Below, in pieces: positions 1 through 9,272 of a DNA stretch of 64,000 bases. The position numbers and the translations under genes were made by a program. Each line of letters begins with the position of its first letter. Within the stretch, counting starts at the first letter, position 1. The stretch is from Spirochaetia bacterium. Its GTDB lineage: Bacteria > Spirochaetota > Spirochaetia > CADAEX01. A model generated the notes under the pieces. It had not been told where the DNA came from. It did not search any database and worked only from the letters and a program-made list of their open reading frames with translations. Location of the stretch: the NCBI GenBank assembly GCA_045606105.1, contig JAZURI010000002.1:1-64000 (forward strand). The letters run 5' to 3'.

Positions 1-2
1 TT

Positions 3-698
3 GAAGTTCCTATGGGAACAACACTCCGCGAAATCATCTACGATATCGGTGGAGGTATCAGAGACGGAAAAGCTTTCAAGGCTGTACAGACAGGTGGTCC
101 ATCAGGTGGTGTAATCACAGTTAAGGACCTTGACACAGGTATCGACTTTGACGCACTTGCATCTATCGGTTCCATGATGGGATCCGGTGGTATGATCGTA
201 ATGAGCGAAGAAGACTGTATCGTAGACGTTGTTAAGTTCTACATGGACTTCTGTGTTGAAGAATCCTGCGGTAAGTGTTCACCTTGCCGTATCGGTACAA
301 AGAAGCTTCTTAACTACCTCATCAAGATTTCCAACGGAAACGGAACAATGGAAGACCTTGAGAAGATGGAAGAAATCGGTCTCTCAATGAAGAAGGCTGC
401 TCTCTGTGGTCTCGGTCAGACAGCTGCAAACCCTGTTCTTTCCTCAATGAAATATTTCAAGGATGAGTATATCCAGCACGTACAGGACAAGAAATGTATT
501 GCCGGAAAATGTACTAACCTTATCAAGTTTGAAATTGACCCAGCAAAATGTATCGGATGTACACTCTGTGCTAAGAAGTGTCCTGCCAATGCTATTGTCG
601 GTGAGAAGAAACAGGCTCATGTTATCCTCCAGGATAAGTGTGTTAAATGTGGTGAATGTATGAGAGGCTGTAAGTTCGGCGCTATCTCAAAACACTAA
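3..698 (+). CDS. hydB: NuoF-like (HydB/HndC) flavin/Fe-S subunit of a bifurcating [FeFe]-hydrogenase, 5'-truncated by the window edge
   Basis: Frame is open from base 3 (EVPMGTTLR...). Has the GGPSGG motif, the NuoF cluster motif ESCGKCSPCRIG...CGLG and a C-terminal 2x[4Fe-4S] ferredoxin (CIGCTLCAKKCP, CVKCGECMRGC). Lies directly upstream of hydA. Confidence 0.9.
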   Translation, partial: EVPMGTTLREIIYDIGGGIRDGKAFKAVQTGGPSGGVITVKDLDTGIDFDALASIGSMMGSGGMIVMSEEDCIVDVVKFYMDFCVEESCGKCSPCRIGTKKLLNYLIKISNGNGTMEDLEKMEEIGLSMKKAALCGLGQTAANPVLSSMKYFKDEYIQHVQDKKCIAGKCTNLIKFEIDPAKCIGCTLCAKKCPANAIVGEKKQAHVILQDKCVKCGECMRGCKFGAISKH

Positions 699-717
699 GA
701 GGGAAGGAGATATATCA

Positions 718-2481
718 GTGGAAACTGTAAATATTAAAATTGACGGTATTCCGGTAACAGTTAAAGCCGGAACAACTATTTTAGATGCTGCAAAAAAAGC
801 AGGAGTAAAAATTCCTACTCTTTGTGCACACCCAGACCTTGAACCATGGGGTGCTTGCGGTATTTGTGTTTGTAAGACACAGGATGCCCGCGGTATCAGC
901 CCAAGACTTGTAAGAGCTTGTACTACAAAGGTAACCGAGGGATTTAACTATATTACAAGAGATCAGGAAATCCAGAGTATCAGAAAGACAGTTGTAAACC
1001 TGATTCTTTCTAACCATCCACAGGAATGTCTCACATGCGGAAGAAACCAGCAGTGTGAACTCCAGAGACTTGCTGAGGAATTCAGTATCAGAGATATCGC
1101 ATTCGAACAGAATGTAAAAAGAGTTCCTAAAGACAACTCAACACCTTCCATCGTACTCGACGCTACAAAGTGTGTACAGTGCGGTAGATGTGCTCAGGTT
1201 TGTCAGCAGCTCCAGGGTGTATGGGCTCTTGAATTCATCCACAGAGGTGAAAACACAAGAATTGCTCCTGTTGCAGGCGCTACACTGGACGAAAGCCCAT
1301 GTATCAAGTGCGGTCAGTGTGCAGCACATTGTCCTGTAGGTGCAATCTATGAAAACGACGAGACAGACAAGTTCATGAAGGCTGTAGGAAATCCTGAACT
1401 TCATGTTGCTGTTCAGATGGCTCCTGCCGTACGTGTTGCTCTCGGTGAAGCATTCGGAATGCTCCCTGGCGAAATCGTTACAGGAAAAATCTACGCTGCT
1501 CTCAGAAGACTCGGTGTTCATGCCGTTTTCGATACAAACTTCTCTGCCGACCTTACAATCATGGAGGAAGGAAGCGAATTTGTTAAGAGACTCACAACAG
1601 GCGGAGTTCTCCCACAGCTCACATCATGCTGTCCTGCATGGACAAACTACATGGAAGAGTACTATCCTGACATGATCCCTAACTTCTCAAGTGCTAAGTC
1701 ACCTATGATGATGCAGGGTGCTATCACAAAGACATACTATGCACAGCAGAAGGGAATCGATCCTGCAAAGATCTACTCTGTAGCTATCATGCCTTGTACA
1801 GCTAAGAAGCACGAGATTGAAAGAGATGACAACATGCATGCTTCCGGATATCCTGATGTAGACCTCGTTCTCACAACAAGAGAACTTGCAAGACTCATCA
1901 AGATGAACGGAATCGACTTTGCTGCTCTCGAAGATGAAAAAGCAGACAGCCCAATCGGAGCTTACACAGGTGCTGCTACAATCTTCGGTGTAACAGGCGG
2001 TGTAATGGAAGCTGCTATCAGATCTGCATACTTCCTCGTAACAAACGAAGAGCTTGCTGACGTTAACGTTACAGCTGTTCGTGGTATGGACGGAGTTAAG
2101 GTTGGTGAAGTTGACATCAAGGGAACAAAGGTTAAGGTTGCTATCGCTCACGGTCTTGCTAATGTTAAGGCAGTACTTGACGAAGTAAGAGCTGCAAGAG
2201 AAGCAGGTGCTGAACCTCCATATCACTTCATCGAAGTTATGGCTTGCCGCGGTGGATGTATCGCAGGTGGCGGACAGCCTTACGGAACAGAAGACAACAT
2301 CAGAGAAATGAGAACAGCAGGTCTCTACAAGGATGATGAAATTTCTGTACAGAGATGTTCACACCACAACCCTGAAATCAAGGATATCTACGAGAAATTC
2401 CTCGGAGCTCCTCTTTCAGAGAAAGCGCATCATCTGCTTCATACAACATACGATAAGATCAAGACTTACAAGTCTCTCTGA
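718..2481 (+). CDS. hydA: [FeFe]-hydrogenase catalytic subunit (HydA/HndD, group A3-type domain layout)
   Basis: H-cluster motifs TSCCPAW, MPCTAKKHE and EVMACRGGCIAGGGQP. N-terminal [2Fe-2S], His-ligated cluster (HPQECLTC) and two ferredoxin motifs. GTG start with SD GGAAGGAG. Confidence 0.95.
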   Translation: METVNIKIDGIPVTVKAGTTILDAAKKAGVKIPTLCAHPDLEPWGACGICVCKTQDARGISPRLVRACTTKVTEGFNYITRDQEIQSIRKTVVNLILSNHPQECLTCGRNQQCELQRLAEEFSIRDIAFEQNVKRVPKDNSTPSIVLDATKCVQCGRCAQVCQQLQGVWALEFIHRGENTRIAPVAGATLDESPCIKCGQCAAHCPVGAIYENDETDKFMKAVGNPELHVAVQMAPAVRVALGEAFGMLPGEIVTGKIYAALRRLGVHAVFDTNFSADLTIMEEGSEFVKRLTTGGVLPQLTSCCPAWTNYMEEYYPDMIPNFSSAKSPMMMQGAITKTYYAQQKGIDPAKIYSVAIMPCTAKKHEIERDDNMHASGYPDVDLVLTTRELARLIKMNGIDFAALEDEKADSPIGAYTGAATIFGVTGGVMEAAIRSAYFLVTNEELADVNVTAVRGMDGVKVGEVDIKGTKVKVAIAHGLANVKAVLDEVRAAREAGAEPPYHFIEVMACRGGCIAGGGQPYGTEDNIREMRTAGLYKDDEISVQRCSHHNPEIKDIYEKFLGAPLSEKAHHLLHTTYDKIKTYKSL

Positions 2482-2498
2482 TTTTTATCTTAATGCAG

Positions 2499-2533
2499 AA
2501 GGGCTGTCTTCCTGAGGAGGGCAGCCTTTTTTA
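2499..2533 (+). terminator. Intrinsic terminator after hydA
   Basis: Stem AAGGGCTGTCTTCC-TGA-GGAGGGCAGCCTT followed by a T-run. Confidence 0.85.
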
Positions 2534-2553
2534 TTCTATAAGCGAGAAAGAAA

Positions 2554-3264
2554 ATGGATGCTGAAGAAATAAAGAAAAATATAGGATTTGCCGCTGCCGA
2601 AGCAATGGTAAAAAGCGGTATGAAACTGGGTCTCGGAACAGGTTCCACTGCAAAATGGGCAATCCGCAGAATCGGACAGCTTATGCAGGAAGGAAAGCTT
2701 ACTGATATAATTGCAGTTGTTACCAGCTCCCAGAGTGAAATCGAGTGCCAGAATGCCAATATTCCTATGGTTACTCTCAATGATCCTAAAATCAACGGCC
2801 ATCTTGACCTGACCATTGACGGTGCCGACGAAATTGACCCTGAATTCAATCTGGTGAAAGGGGGAGGCGGTGCCCTTCTTCAGGAGAAGATTGCAGGTTA
2901 TGCTTCAGACAGCTATGTAGTACTTGCCGGAGAGGATAAGCTGGTAAAAGGAATCGGTACAGGCTTTGCCGTTCCGGTTGAGGTTGTAAGGGAAGCCCGT
3001 GTAACTGCGGCAAAAGCCATGGAGGCCCTGGGTGCAAAGCCTGAGGTAAGAATGGCTGTAAGGAAAATGGGACCGGTTATCACAGATAACGGAAACATAA
3101 TTCTTGACCTTAAGTTTGACAGCTTCATCAATCCTGCCGAAATGGAAGAAAAGATAAATCTTATTCCGGGTGTTGTTGAAACCGGTCTTTTCACAAGACT
3201 TCCTAAAATGGATGCCTTTATCGGTATGGCTGACGGTTCAGTCAAGCATATCAAAGCGCGCTGA
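2554..3264 (+). CDS. rpiA: Ribose-5-phosphate isomerase A
   Basis: GLGTGST, DGADE, KGGGGAL, TDNGN and PGVVETGLF motifs. Confidence 0.96.
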   Translation: MDAEEIKKNIGFAAAEAMVKSGMKLGLGTGSTAKWAIRRIGQLMQEGKLTDIIAVVTSSQSEIECQNANIPMVTLNDPKINGHLDLTIDGADEIDPEFNLVKGGGGALLQEKIAGYASDSYVVLAGEDKLVKGIGTGFAVPVEVVREARVTAAKAMEALGAKPEVRMAVRKMGPVITDNGNIILDLKFDSFINPAEMEEKINLIPGVVETGLFTRLPKMDAFIGMADGSVKHIKAR

Positions 3265-3675
3265 TTCTGTTTCCAGAATCTTGTACAGGTCTGGATTGAC
3301 AGCCTTGAGATTGATTATTCTCATGGTTTTGTCGGTACAGGCCAGTGTTGTCTCTCCTGTAGCAAGGAGCTTCATGTCCGATTTTCTCCTTACTTTATAG
3401 AAGAATTCTATCTTTACAAATGTAAGTTTCTTTATATAGACGGAAACAATTACCGTATCTCCGTACCTTGCTCCTTCCAGGTATGAGCAGTTAAGCCTGG
3501 TCAGGGGAGTCATTACACCTTCGGTCTCAAGCCTGCTGTAGGGATATCCCAGCTTTTCCATGAAATCGGTTCTTCCGGCCTCGAACCAGACTGGGTATAC
3601 GGAATGGTGAACAATTCCCATCTGATCTGTTTCCGCATATCTGACCTTTATTTCTGTATCGTTAAGCTGCTCCAT
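3238..3675 (-). CDS. Hotdog-fold acyl-CoA thioesterase (YbgC/FadM/4HBT family)
   Basis: VRYAETDQMGIVHHSVY..WFE.GR motif. Start set at 3675 because a GGAG SD precedes it; the ORF track start at 3705 is also possible. Confidence 0.88.
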   Translation of the reverse strand: MEQLNDTEIKVRYAETDQMGIVHHSVYPVWFEAGRTDFMEKLGYPYSRLETEGVMTPLTRLNCSYLEGARYGDTVIVSVYIKKLTFVKIEFFYKVRRKSDMKLLATGETTLACTDKTMRIINLKAVNPDLYKILETESARFDMLD

Positions 3676-3726
3676 ATATTGCTCCGTAGTTGCTTTTTTT
3701 TCCATTTTATCATAATTTTTTATGTA

Positions 3727-4512
3727 ATGATACGTGTTGTTTACAAGTTTTTACTTTCAGTTATGGTTCTTGTTCTCTTTTTTATAGCAGGCTGCATAGC
3801 CTTTATCCTTCCTGCCTCCTCCCAGGCAGCCAGAAGAAGGCATCTCATGGTTGTGGCCAGATGGGGCTGCGGCTCACTTCTCCGGATAATGAACATCCGT
3901 GTCCATATCAGAAACAGGGAGATTTTCGACAGGGAAAAAAACTGGTATATAATGGGTAACCATATGTCTTATATAGACATTCTTGTACTTCTGGCCAATT
4001 TCAGGACCCTTTTCATCACTTCCAACGAAATGAAAAACAAGCCAGTTCTGGGGCAGATATGCTTTTTCGGAGGCTCCTTTTTTGTTGAACGGAGAAAGAT
4101 TACCACCCTTAAGGATGAAATTCCAAGAATCAGCAATACCCTTAAGGAGGGGCTGAACATCTGCCTTTTTCCGGAGGGACGGTGCTCTGACGGCAGGGGC
4201 CTTCTTGAATTCAAGTCAGCCCTTATAGAATCGGCCGTAAGCTCAGGTACCAATGTACTTCCTCTCTGTATAAAATATACCGGAATCAGCGGTCGTCCCG
4301 TAAAAGGGGAGGATTTTCTCACCATCGGTTATTTCAACGGTATGCCTTTCCCTGCACAGTTCAGAAAAATGCTCAGCCAGAAAAGCCTTGATGTTGAAGT
4401 TGAAATCCTTGAACCGGTCATTACTGAAGGCAAGGACAGAAAAGCCATAAGGGAAGAGACCTTCGGCAAGATGAGCTCCTGCTACAACCGCTATCTGGAA
4501 GGACGCCTTTAA
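3727..4512 (+). CDS. plsC: 1-acyl-sn-glycerol-3-phosphate acyltransferase (PlsC family)
   Basis: NHMSYID (NHxxxxD) and FPEG motifs, N-terminal TM helix. Start moved to ATG 3727 to avoid overlap with the divergent thioesterase. Confidence 0.85.
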   Translation: MIRVVYKFLLSVMVLVLFFIAGCIAFILPASSQAARRRHLMVVARWGCGSLLRIMNIRVHIRNREIFDREKNWYIMGNHMSYIDILVLLANFRTLFITSNEMKNKPVLGQICFFGGSFFVERRKITTLKDEIPRISNTLKEGLNICLFPEGRCSDGRGLLEFKSALIESAVSSGTNVLPLCIKYTGISGRPVKGEDFLTIGYFNGMPFPAQFRKMLSQKSLDVEVEILEPVITEGKDRKAIREETFGKMSSCYNRYLEGRL

Positions 4513-5513
4513 TCGTCATTGTTCTCCCATATTGCATACAGGGTTGTATCTCCTGCAATGTCGTAGATATCATCCGACCTTATTTCTGAAATACCGCTTC
4601 TGTCTGAAGACCAGTACTCGAATCTTATGCCGTTTCCCGTGCTGGGCCGTGGAAGAGTACCATATTCTTCCATATAAGTAACACTTTTTGAGGAAGGATG
4701 GTCACCGAGCAGTGAACTCATGCTCATTTCATAGTCAAAAGTAATGGTATACTGTTTCGGTTTCCATATTGCATATACATTCATATCCTTTTCGTAATAA
4801 TCGGAAATAGGCTCAGACCACCCAACGAAATCATAACCCTCTTTTCTTACATCGCTGTATCTTATGTGGATATAGGAGCCATAGAGACCGCTTGTTGATT
4901 CACAGCCTCCCGCACCGCCTCTTTTGTCAAAGTTTATTATAACATAAATCCTGCTGTAGAAGATACTGATTTCCGTACTGTTGTCTGATGCTATTGCGGA
5001 CTGTGCAAAAGGGGCAGCCGTGAAGCCGGTTACTGTTTTGACTGCAGCTTCGGTCAGGTCACCTGCCTTTCCGTTCAGTATTTCCGTTTCATCAGGTTCA
5101 TCCGGAAATAACCCGATATCACTCATCATGAAATGCTTTACCTTATAGGTACAGTCGGGTTTTTCTTCCGGAACCGGTTCCTGGACAGTGACTGTTTCTT
5201 CCCATTGGGCATACAATGTAATGCTTGCATTCAATGCCAGAATGTTTCCCGGATGGTATAATATGCCGGTTCCGTCATTTTTTGTGTTCCAGCCTGTGAA
5301 ATTATGGTCAGTTCTGGTAAATGTACAGTCCGGAAGAACAACATTCTGACCCGGCTGTATACTTGTTTTATCGGGTGCACTGCCTCCGTCGCTGCCGTTT
5401 CCGTCAAAACTGACATGGATTGCGGGTACCGGTTCCGCAGCCTCTGAATCACCTCCGTTGCTGCATGAAAAGAGCAGGAAAGGGATAATCAGGAACAAAA
5501 ACATCTTTCTCAT
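4509..5513 (-). CDS. Surface lipoprotein with Listeria-Bacteroides (InlB B-like) repeats
   Basis: Lipoprotein signal MRKMFLFLIIPFLLFSC. Three repeats of the type V.FD.NG...F.GW...LYAQW/VYAIW/LYAIW. SD AAGGAG. Confidence 0.8.
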   Translation of the reverse strand: MRKMFLFLIIPFLLFSCSNGGDSEAAEPVPAIHVSFDGNGSDGGSAPDKTSIQPGQNVVLPDCTFTRTDHNFTGWNTKNDGTGILYHPGNILALNASITLYAQWEETVTVQEPVPEEKPDCTYKVKHFMMSDIGLFPDEPDETEILNGKAGDLTEAAVKTVTGFTAAPFAQSAIASDNSTEISIFYSRIYVIINFDKRGGAGGCESTSGLYGSYIHIRYSDVRKEGYDFVGWSEPISDYYEKDMNVYAIWKPKQYTITFDYEMSMSSLLGDHPSSKSVTYMEEYGTLPRPSTGNGIRFEYWSSDRSGISEIRSDDIYDIAGDTTLYAIWENNDD

Positions 5514-5601
5514 AATTTAACTCCTTTGAAAATCTTTGCAGGTAATAACTTTCAGGAGTTTTCTTTTGCTTCAAAATATTAATTTATTTACCTGAATTAT
5601 A

Positions 5602-5630
5602 TTGATATTTTATTAAGTTTTTGATATTTT
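5602..5630 (+). promoter_or_regulatory. Putative sigma70 promoter of nifJ
   Basis: TTGATA-17 nt-TATTTT with an extended TGn. TTGATATTTT occurs twice (5602, 5621). Confidence 0.5.
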
Positions 5631-5660
5631 CTTCTAAATATTGTCGTAAGGGAGAAACTA

Positions 5661-8600
5661 ATGTCAAAAAAAATGGTAACTGTTGACGGAAACTGTGCCG
5701 CAGCTCACATAGCTTATATGTTCAGTGAGGTGGCAGCGATCTATCCGATTACTCCTTCTTCACCTATGGCTGAATATGTTGATGAATGGTCAGCCAACGG
5801 AAGAAAAAATATTTTTGGCGAACAGGTAAAAGTTGTTGAAATGCAGTCTGAGGGTGGAGCAGCAGGTGCTGTTCACGGATCTCTGCAGGCTGGTGCGCTT
5901 ACGACAACATTTACAGCATCACAGGGACTTCTTCTGATGATTCCTAACATGTACAAGATTGCGGGAGAGCTTCTTCCGGGTGTATTCCATGTTTCAGCCA
6001 GAGCTCTTGCAGCCCAGGCTCTTTCAATTTTCGGAGATCACTCTGACGTAATGTCTGCCCGTTCCACAGGTTTTGCCATGCTGGCAACCGGTTCTGTACA
6101 GGAAATCATGGATCTTGCCCCTGTAGCACATCTTTCCGCCATTAAGGGAAGCCTTCCTTTTGTTCACTTCTTTGACGGATTCAGGACCTCTCATGAGATC
6201 CAGAAGGTTGAAGAGGCTCAGATGGAGGATCTTGCAAAGCTTGTTGACTGGGAAGCACTCAGAAAGTACAGGGAAAAATCCCTCAATCCTGAGCATCCTG
6301 TAACCAGGGGAACAGCACAGAACCCTGACATCTATTTCCAGACCAGGGAAGCCCAGAACAAATACTACGATGCAATTCCGGACATCGTTGCTGAATATAT
6401 GAAGGAAATCAGCAGAATCACCGGAAGAAACTATGCTCCGTTCACATACTACGGTGCACCTGATGCAGAAGAGATCATCATTGCCATGGGTTCTGTAACC
6501 GATGTTATCAAGACAACCGTGGACAAGCTCAATGCAGAGGGCAGAAAGACAGGTCTCATTACAGTTCATCTCTACAGACCTTTCTCACTCAAGCATCTTA
6601 TCGATGTATATCCTAAGACAGCAAAGAAGATCTGTGTTCTTGACAGGACCAAGGAGCCGGGAGCAAACGGCGAGCCTCTTTATCTTGATGTTGTGGAAGC
6701 TTTCAAGGATTGTCCTCACAAGCCTTTCATCATCGGCGGTCGCTACGGACTTTCTTCAAAGGATACAACTCCTTCCCATATTCTTTCTGTTTTCAACAAC
6801 CTTTCATCCGAGAACCCGAAGAACCAGTTCACAATCGGTATCGTGGATGATGTAACCTTCAGGTCACTTCCTATTCTTCCTGAAGTTTCAATGCTTCCTA
6901 AGGGAACCTTCGAGGCAAAGTTCTACGGACTCGGTGCCGACGGAACAGTAGGGGCAAACAAGAACTCCATCAAGATCATCGGAGAAAACACAGACAAGTA
7001 CTGTCAGGCTTATTTTGATTATGACAGCAAGAAATCAGGCGGTTATACATGTTCACACCTGAGATTCGGAGATCTTCCTATCGCAGCTCCTTATCTTGTA
7101 AACACACCTGACTTCGTTGCAGTTCATGTTCCTTCATACCTGAACAAATATGACTGTCTCAGAGGTCTCAAGAAGGGCGGTACATTCCTCTACAACTCAA
7201 TCTGGGATGCCGAGGAGACAAAGAATCACCTTCCTGACCATGTAAAGAAATATCTGGCAGAGAACGAAATCAACATGTTCATCATCGATGCCACAAAGAT
7301 TGCTACAGAAATCGGTCTCGGAAACAGGACCAATACAATTCTCCAGTCTGCCTTCTTCAAGATTTCAGAGGTTATTCCTTATGAGCTTGCAGTTGAACAG
7401 ATGAAGAAATTCATTACAAAATCCTACGGAAAGAAGGGTGAGAACATCGTACTCATGAACTTCTCCGCAGTTGATGCCGGAAGAGATGTCGTAAAGATTG
7501 ACATTCCTGCCGAATGGAAGGATATCGAGATCAAGGCTGAACCGGACAAGAGAAACATTCCTGATTTCATCAAGAATATCATGGAGCCTATGGTAGCCCA
7601 GAAAGGAAATGATCTTCCTGTAAGTGCATTCAACGGATACGAGGATGGTACATTCCCGGCAGGAACCACAGCATACGAGAAGAGAGGTATCGCAGTAAAC
7701 GTTCCTCACTGGAATCCTGTAAGCTGTATCCAGTGTAACCACTGTGCATCCATCTGTCCTCACGCTGCAATCCGCCCGGTTGTAATGGATGAAGCTGAAA
7801 TCGAGAAAGCACCTCTTTCCATGATCAATGTTTCAATGCGTACTCCTAAGAACATGGTAGGCATGGGCTTCAGGATGCAGGTTTCCGTACTTGACTGTAC
7901 AGGCTGCGGTAACTGTATCGATGTATGTCCTGTAACACCTAAGGCACTTTCCATGAAGCCTCTTGATACACAGCTCGGTGAGATCAAGAACTGGGAATAT
8001 GCACAGAACAAGGTAACAAACAAGGATCATCTTGTAGACAAGTTCGCATCCGTAAAGAACAGCCAGTTTGCACAGCCGCTGTTCGAGTTCTCCGGTGCAT
8101 GTGCCGGATGCGGTGAAACTCCATATATCAAGCTTATCACACAGCTCTTCGGTGAGGAGATGATGGTAGCCAATGCAACAGGATGTTCATCAATCTATGG
8201 TGGATCTGCTCCTGCCACACCATACTGCAGGAACTGCAAGACAGGCTTCGGTCCAGCATGGGCAAACTCACTTTTCGAGGATAACGCAGAGTTCGGTCTC
8301 GGTATGGCTACAGCTACAAGAAAGATGAGAGACAGACTTGAATCTCTTCTCAGAGAGGCAATTTCCTGCACAGAGTGCTGTGATGAAAACAAGGCTCTTT
8401 TCCAGAGCTGGATCGACAACCGTGAAAACAGGGATGCCAGCAGAAAGCTCGGAGAGAAGATTACAGAAGCTGTAAAGAAATGCGATTCTCCTCTTGCAAA
8501 ACAGATTCTTGAAATGAAGAATTTCTTTGCCAAGAAGTCCCAGTGGATCATCGGTGGTGACGGATGGGCTTATGATATCGGTTTCGGAGGTCTGGACCAT

Positions 8601-9185
8601 GTTCTTGCTTCCGGTGAAAATGTAAATGTACTTGTACTCGATACAGAGGTTTATTCAAATACAGGCGGACAGTCATCAAAGGCAACTCCTGCAGGTGCTG
8701 TAGCCAAGTTTGCAACCAGCGGTAAGAAAATCCGCAAGAAGGATCTGGGAATGATTGCAAAGTCCTATGGCTATGTATATGTTGCTCAGGCATCCATCGG
8801 ATACAACAAGGATCATTTCTTCAGAGTTCTCAAGGAAGCCGAAGCTTTCAACGGTCCTTCAATCATTATCTGCTATGCCCCTTGTATCAACCACGGTCTC
8901 AAGGTGGGTATGACTCACTCACTCATGGAGGCAAAGAATGCGGTTGAATGCGGATACTGGCACCTGTGGCATTTCAATCCTGATGAGGAGGAGGCCGGAC
9001 AGAACGGTTTCCATCTCGACAGCAAGGAGCCTGACTGGAGCAAGTTCCAGGACTTCCTCAGAGGGGAGGTCAGGTACGATTCCCTTGCCAAGACATTCCC
9101 TGAAGAGGCGGAGGTTCTTTTCAAGGTTACACAGGAAAATGCACTGTGGCGTTACAACCAGTACAAGAGACTTGCAGCCAAATAA
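5661..9185 (+). CDS. nifJ: Pyruvate:ferredoxin (flavodoxin) oxidoreductase, homodimeric type
   Basis: YPITPS, GLGADGTVGANK, two ferredoxin motifs, ACAGCGE and GGDGWAYDIG (TPP-binding). 1174 aa. Confidence 0.97.
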   Translation: MSKKMVTVDGNCAAAHIAYMFSEVAAIYPITPSSPMAEYVDEWSANGRKNIFGEQVKVVEMQSEGGAAGAVHGSLQAGALTTTFTASQGLLLMIPNMYKIAGELLPGVFHVSARALAAQALSIFGDHSDVMSARSTGFAMLATGSVQEIMDLAPVAHLSAIKGSLPFVHFFDGFRTSHEIQKVEEAQMEDLAKLVDWEALRKYREKSLNPEHPVTRGTAQNPDIYFQTREAQNKYYDAIPDIVAEYMKEISRITGRNYAPFTYYGAPDAEEIIIAMGSVTDVIKTTVDKLNAEGRKTGLITVHLYRPFSLKHLIDVYPKTAKKICVLDRTKEPGANGEPLYLDVVEAFKDCPHKPFIIGGRYGLSSKDTTPSHILSVFNNLSSENPKNQFTIGIVDDVTFRSLPILPEVSMLPKGTFEAKFYGLGADGTVGANKNSIKIIGENTDKYCQAYFDYDSKKSGGYTCSHLRFGDLPIAAPYLVNTPDFVAVHVPSYLNKYDCLRGLKKGGTFLYNSIWDAEETKNHLPDHVKKYLAENEINMFIIDATKIATEIGLGNRTNTILQSAFFKISEVIPYELAVEQMKKFITKSYGKKGENIVLMNFSAVDAGRDVVKIDIPAEWKDIEIKAEPDKRNIPDFIKNIMEPMVAQKGNDLPVSAFNGYEDGTFPAGTTAYEKRGIAVNVPHWNPVSCIQCNHCASICPHAAIRPVVMDEAEIEKAPLSMINVSMRTPKNMVGMGFRMQVSVLDCTGCGNCIDVCPVTPKALSMKPLDTQLGEIKNWEYAQNKVTNKDHLVDKFASVKNSQFAQPLFEFSGACAGCGETPYIKLITQLFGEEMMVANATGCSSIYGGSAPATPYCRNCKTGFGPAWANSLFEDNAEFGLGMATATRKMRDRLESLLREAISCTECCDENKALFQSWIDNRENRDASRKLGEKITEAVKKCDSPLAKQILEMKNFFAKKSQWIIGGDGWAYDIGFGGLDHVLASGENVNVLVLDTEVYSNTGGQSSKATPAGAVAKFATSGKKIRKKDLGMIAKSYGYVYVAQASIGYNKDHFFRVLKEAEAFNGPSIIICYAPCINHGLKVGMTHSLMEAKNAVECGYWHLWHFNPDEEEAGQNGFHLDSKEPDWSKFQDFLRGEVRYDSLAKTFPEEAEVLFKVTQENALWRYNQYKRLAAK

Positions 9186-9188
9186 ACA

Positions 9189-9219
9189 GAAGGCCCTGCC
9201 CAGTGCAGGGCTTTTTTTT
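9189..9219 (+). terminator. Intrinsic terminator after nifJ
   Basis: AAGGCCCTGC-CCAGT-GCAGGGCTTT followed by a T-run. Confidence 0.85.
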
Positions 9220-9238
9220 CACAAAAACAAATTACTCC

Positions 9239-9267
9239 TTGCAGAAAGGAAAGGAATTGTTTAAAAT
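9239..9267 (+). promoter_or_regulatory. Putative promoter of purB giving a leaderless transcript
   Basis: TTGCAG-17-TAAAAT-5 nt-ATG(9273). No SD between the -10 box and the ATG. Confidence 0.6.
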
Positions 9268-9272
9268 AAATC

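Noticed and set aside
781-2226. Antisense ORFs over hydA (similarly over nifJ, dnaE, the TRAP permeases and groEL)
   Set aside because: Shadow ORFs expected from biased codon usage on the coding strand. No motifs or RBS, and fully nested in confident genes.
4520-4780. Repeated CCATATTGCATA in the lipoprotein gene, and GGCATGGGC repeats at the groEL end
   Set aside because: These are protein-level repeats (YAIW motif, GGM tail), not CRISPR or mobile-element repeats.
5530-5575. GCAAA...GAAA...GCAAAG words on the minus strand resembling a c-di-GMP-I (GEMM) riboswitch
   Set aside because: The GAAA is not closed by a proper stem and no second hairpin with a tetraloop receptor is evident. Kept only as a generic RBS-sequestering hairpin.
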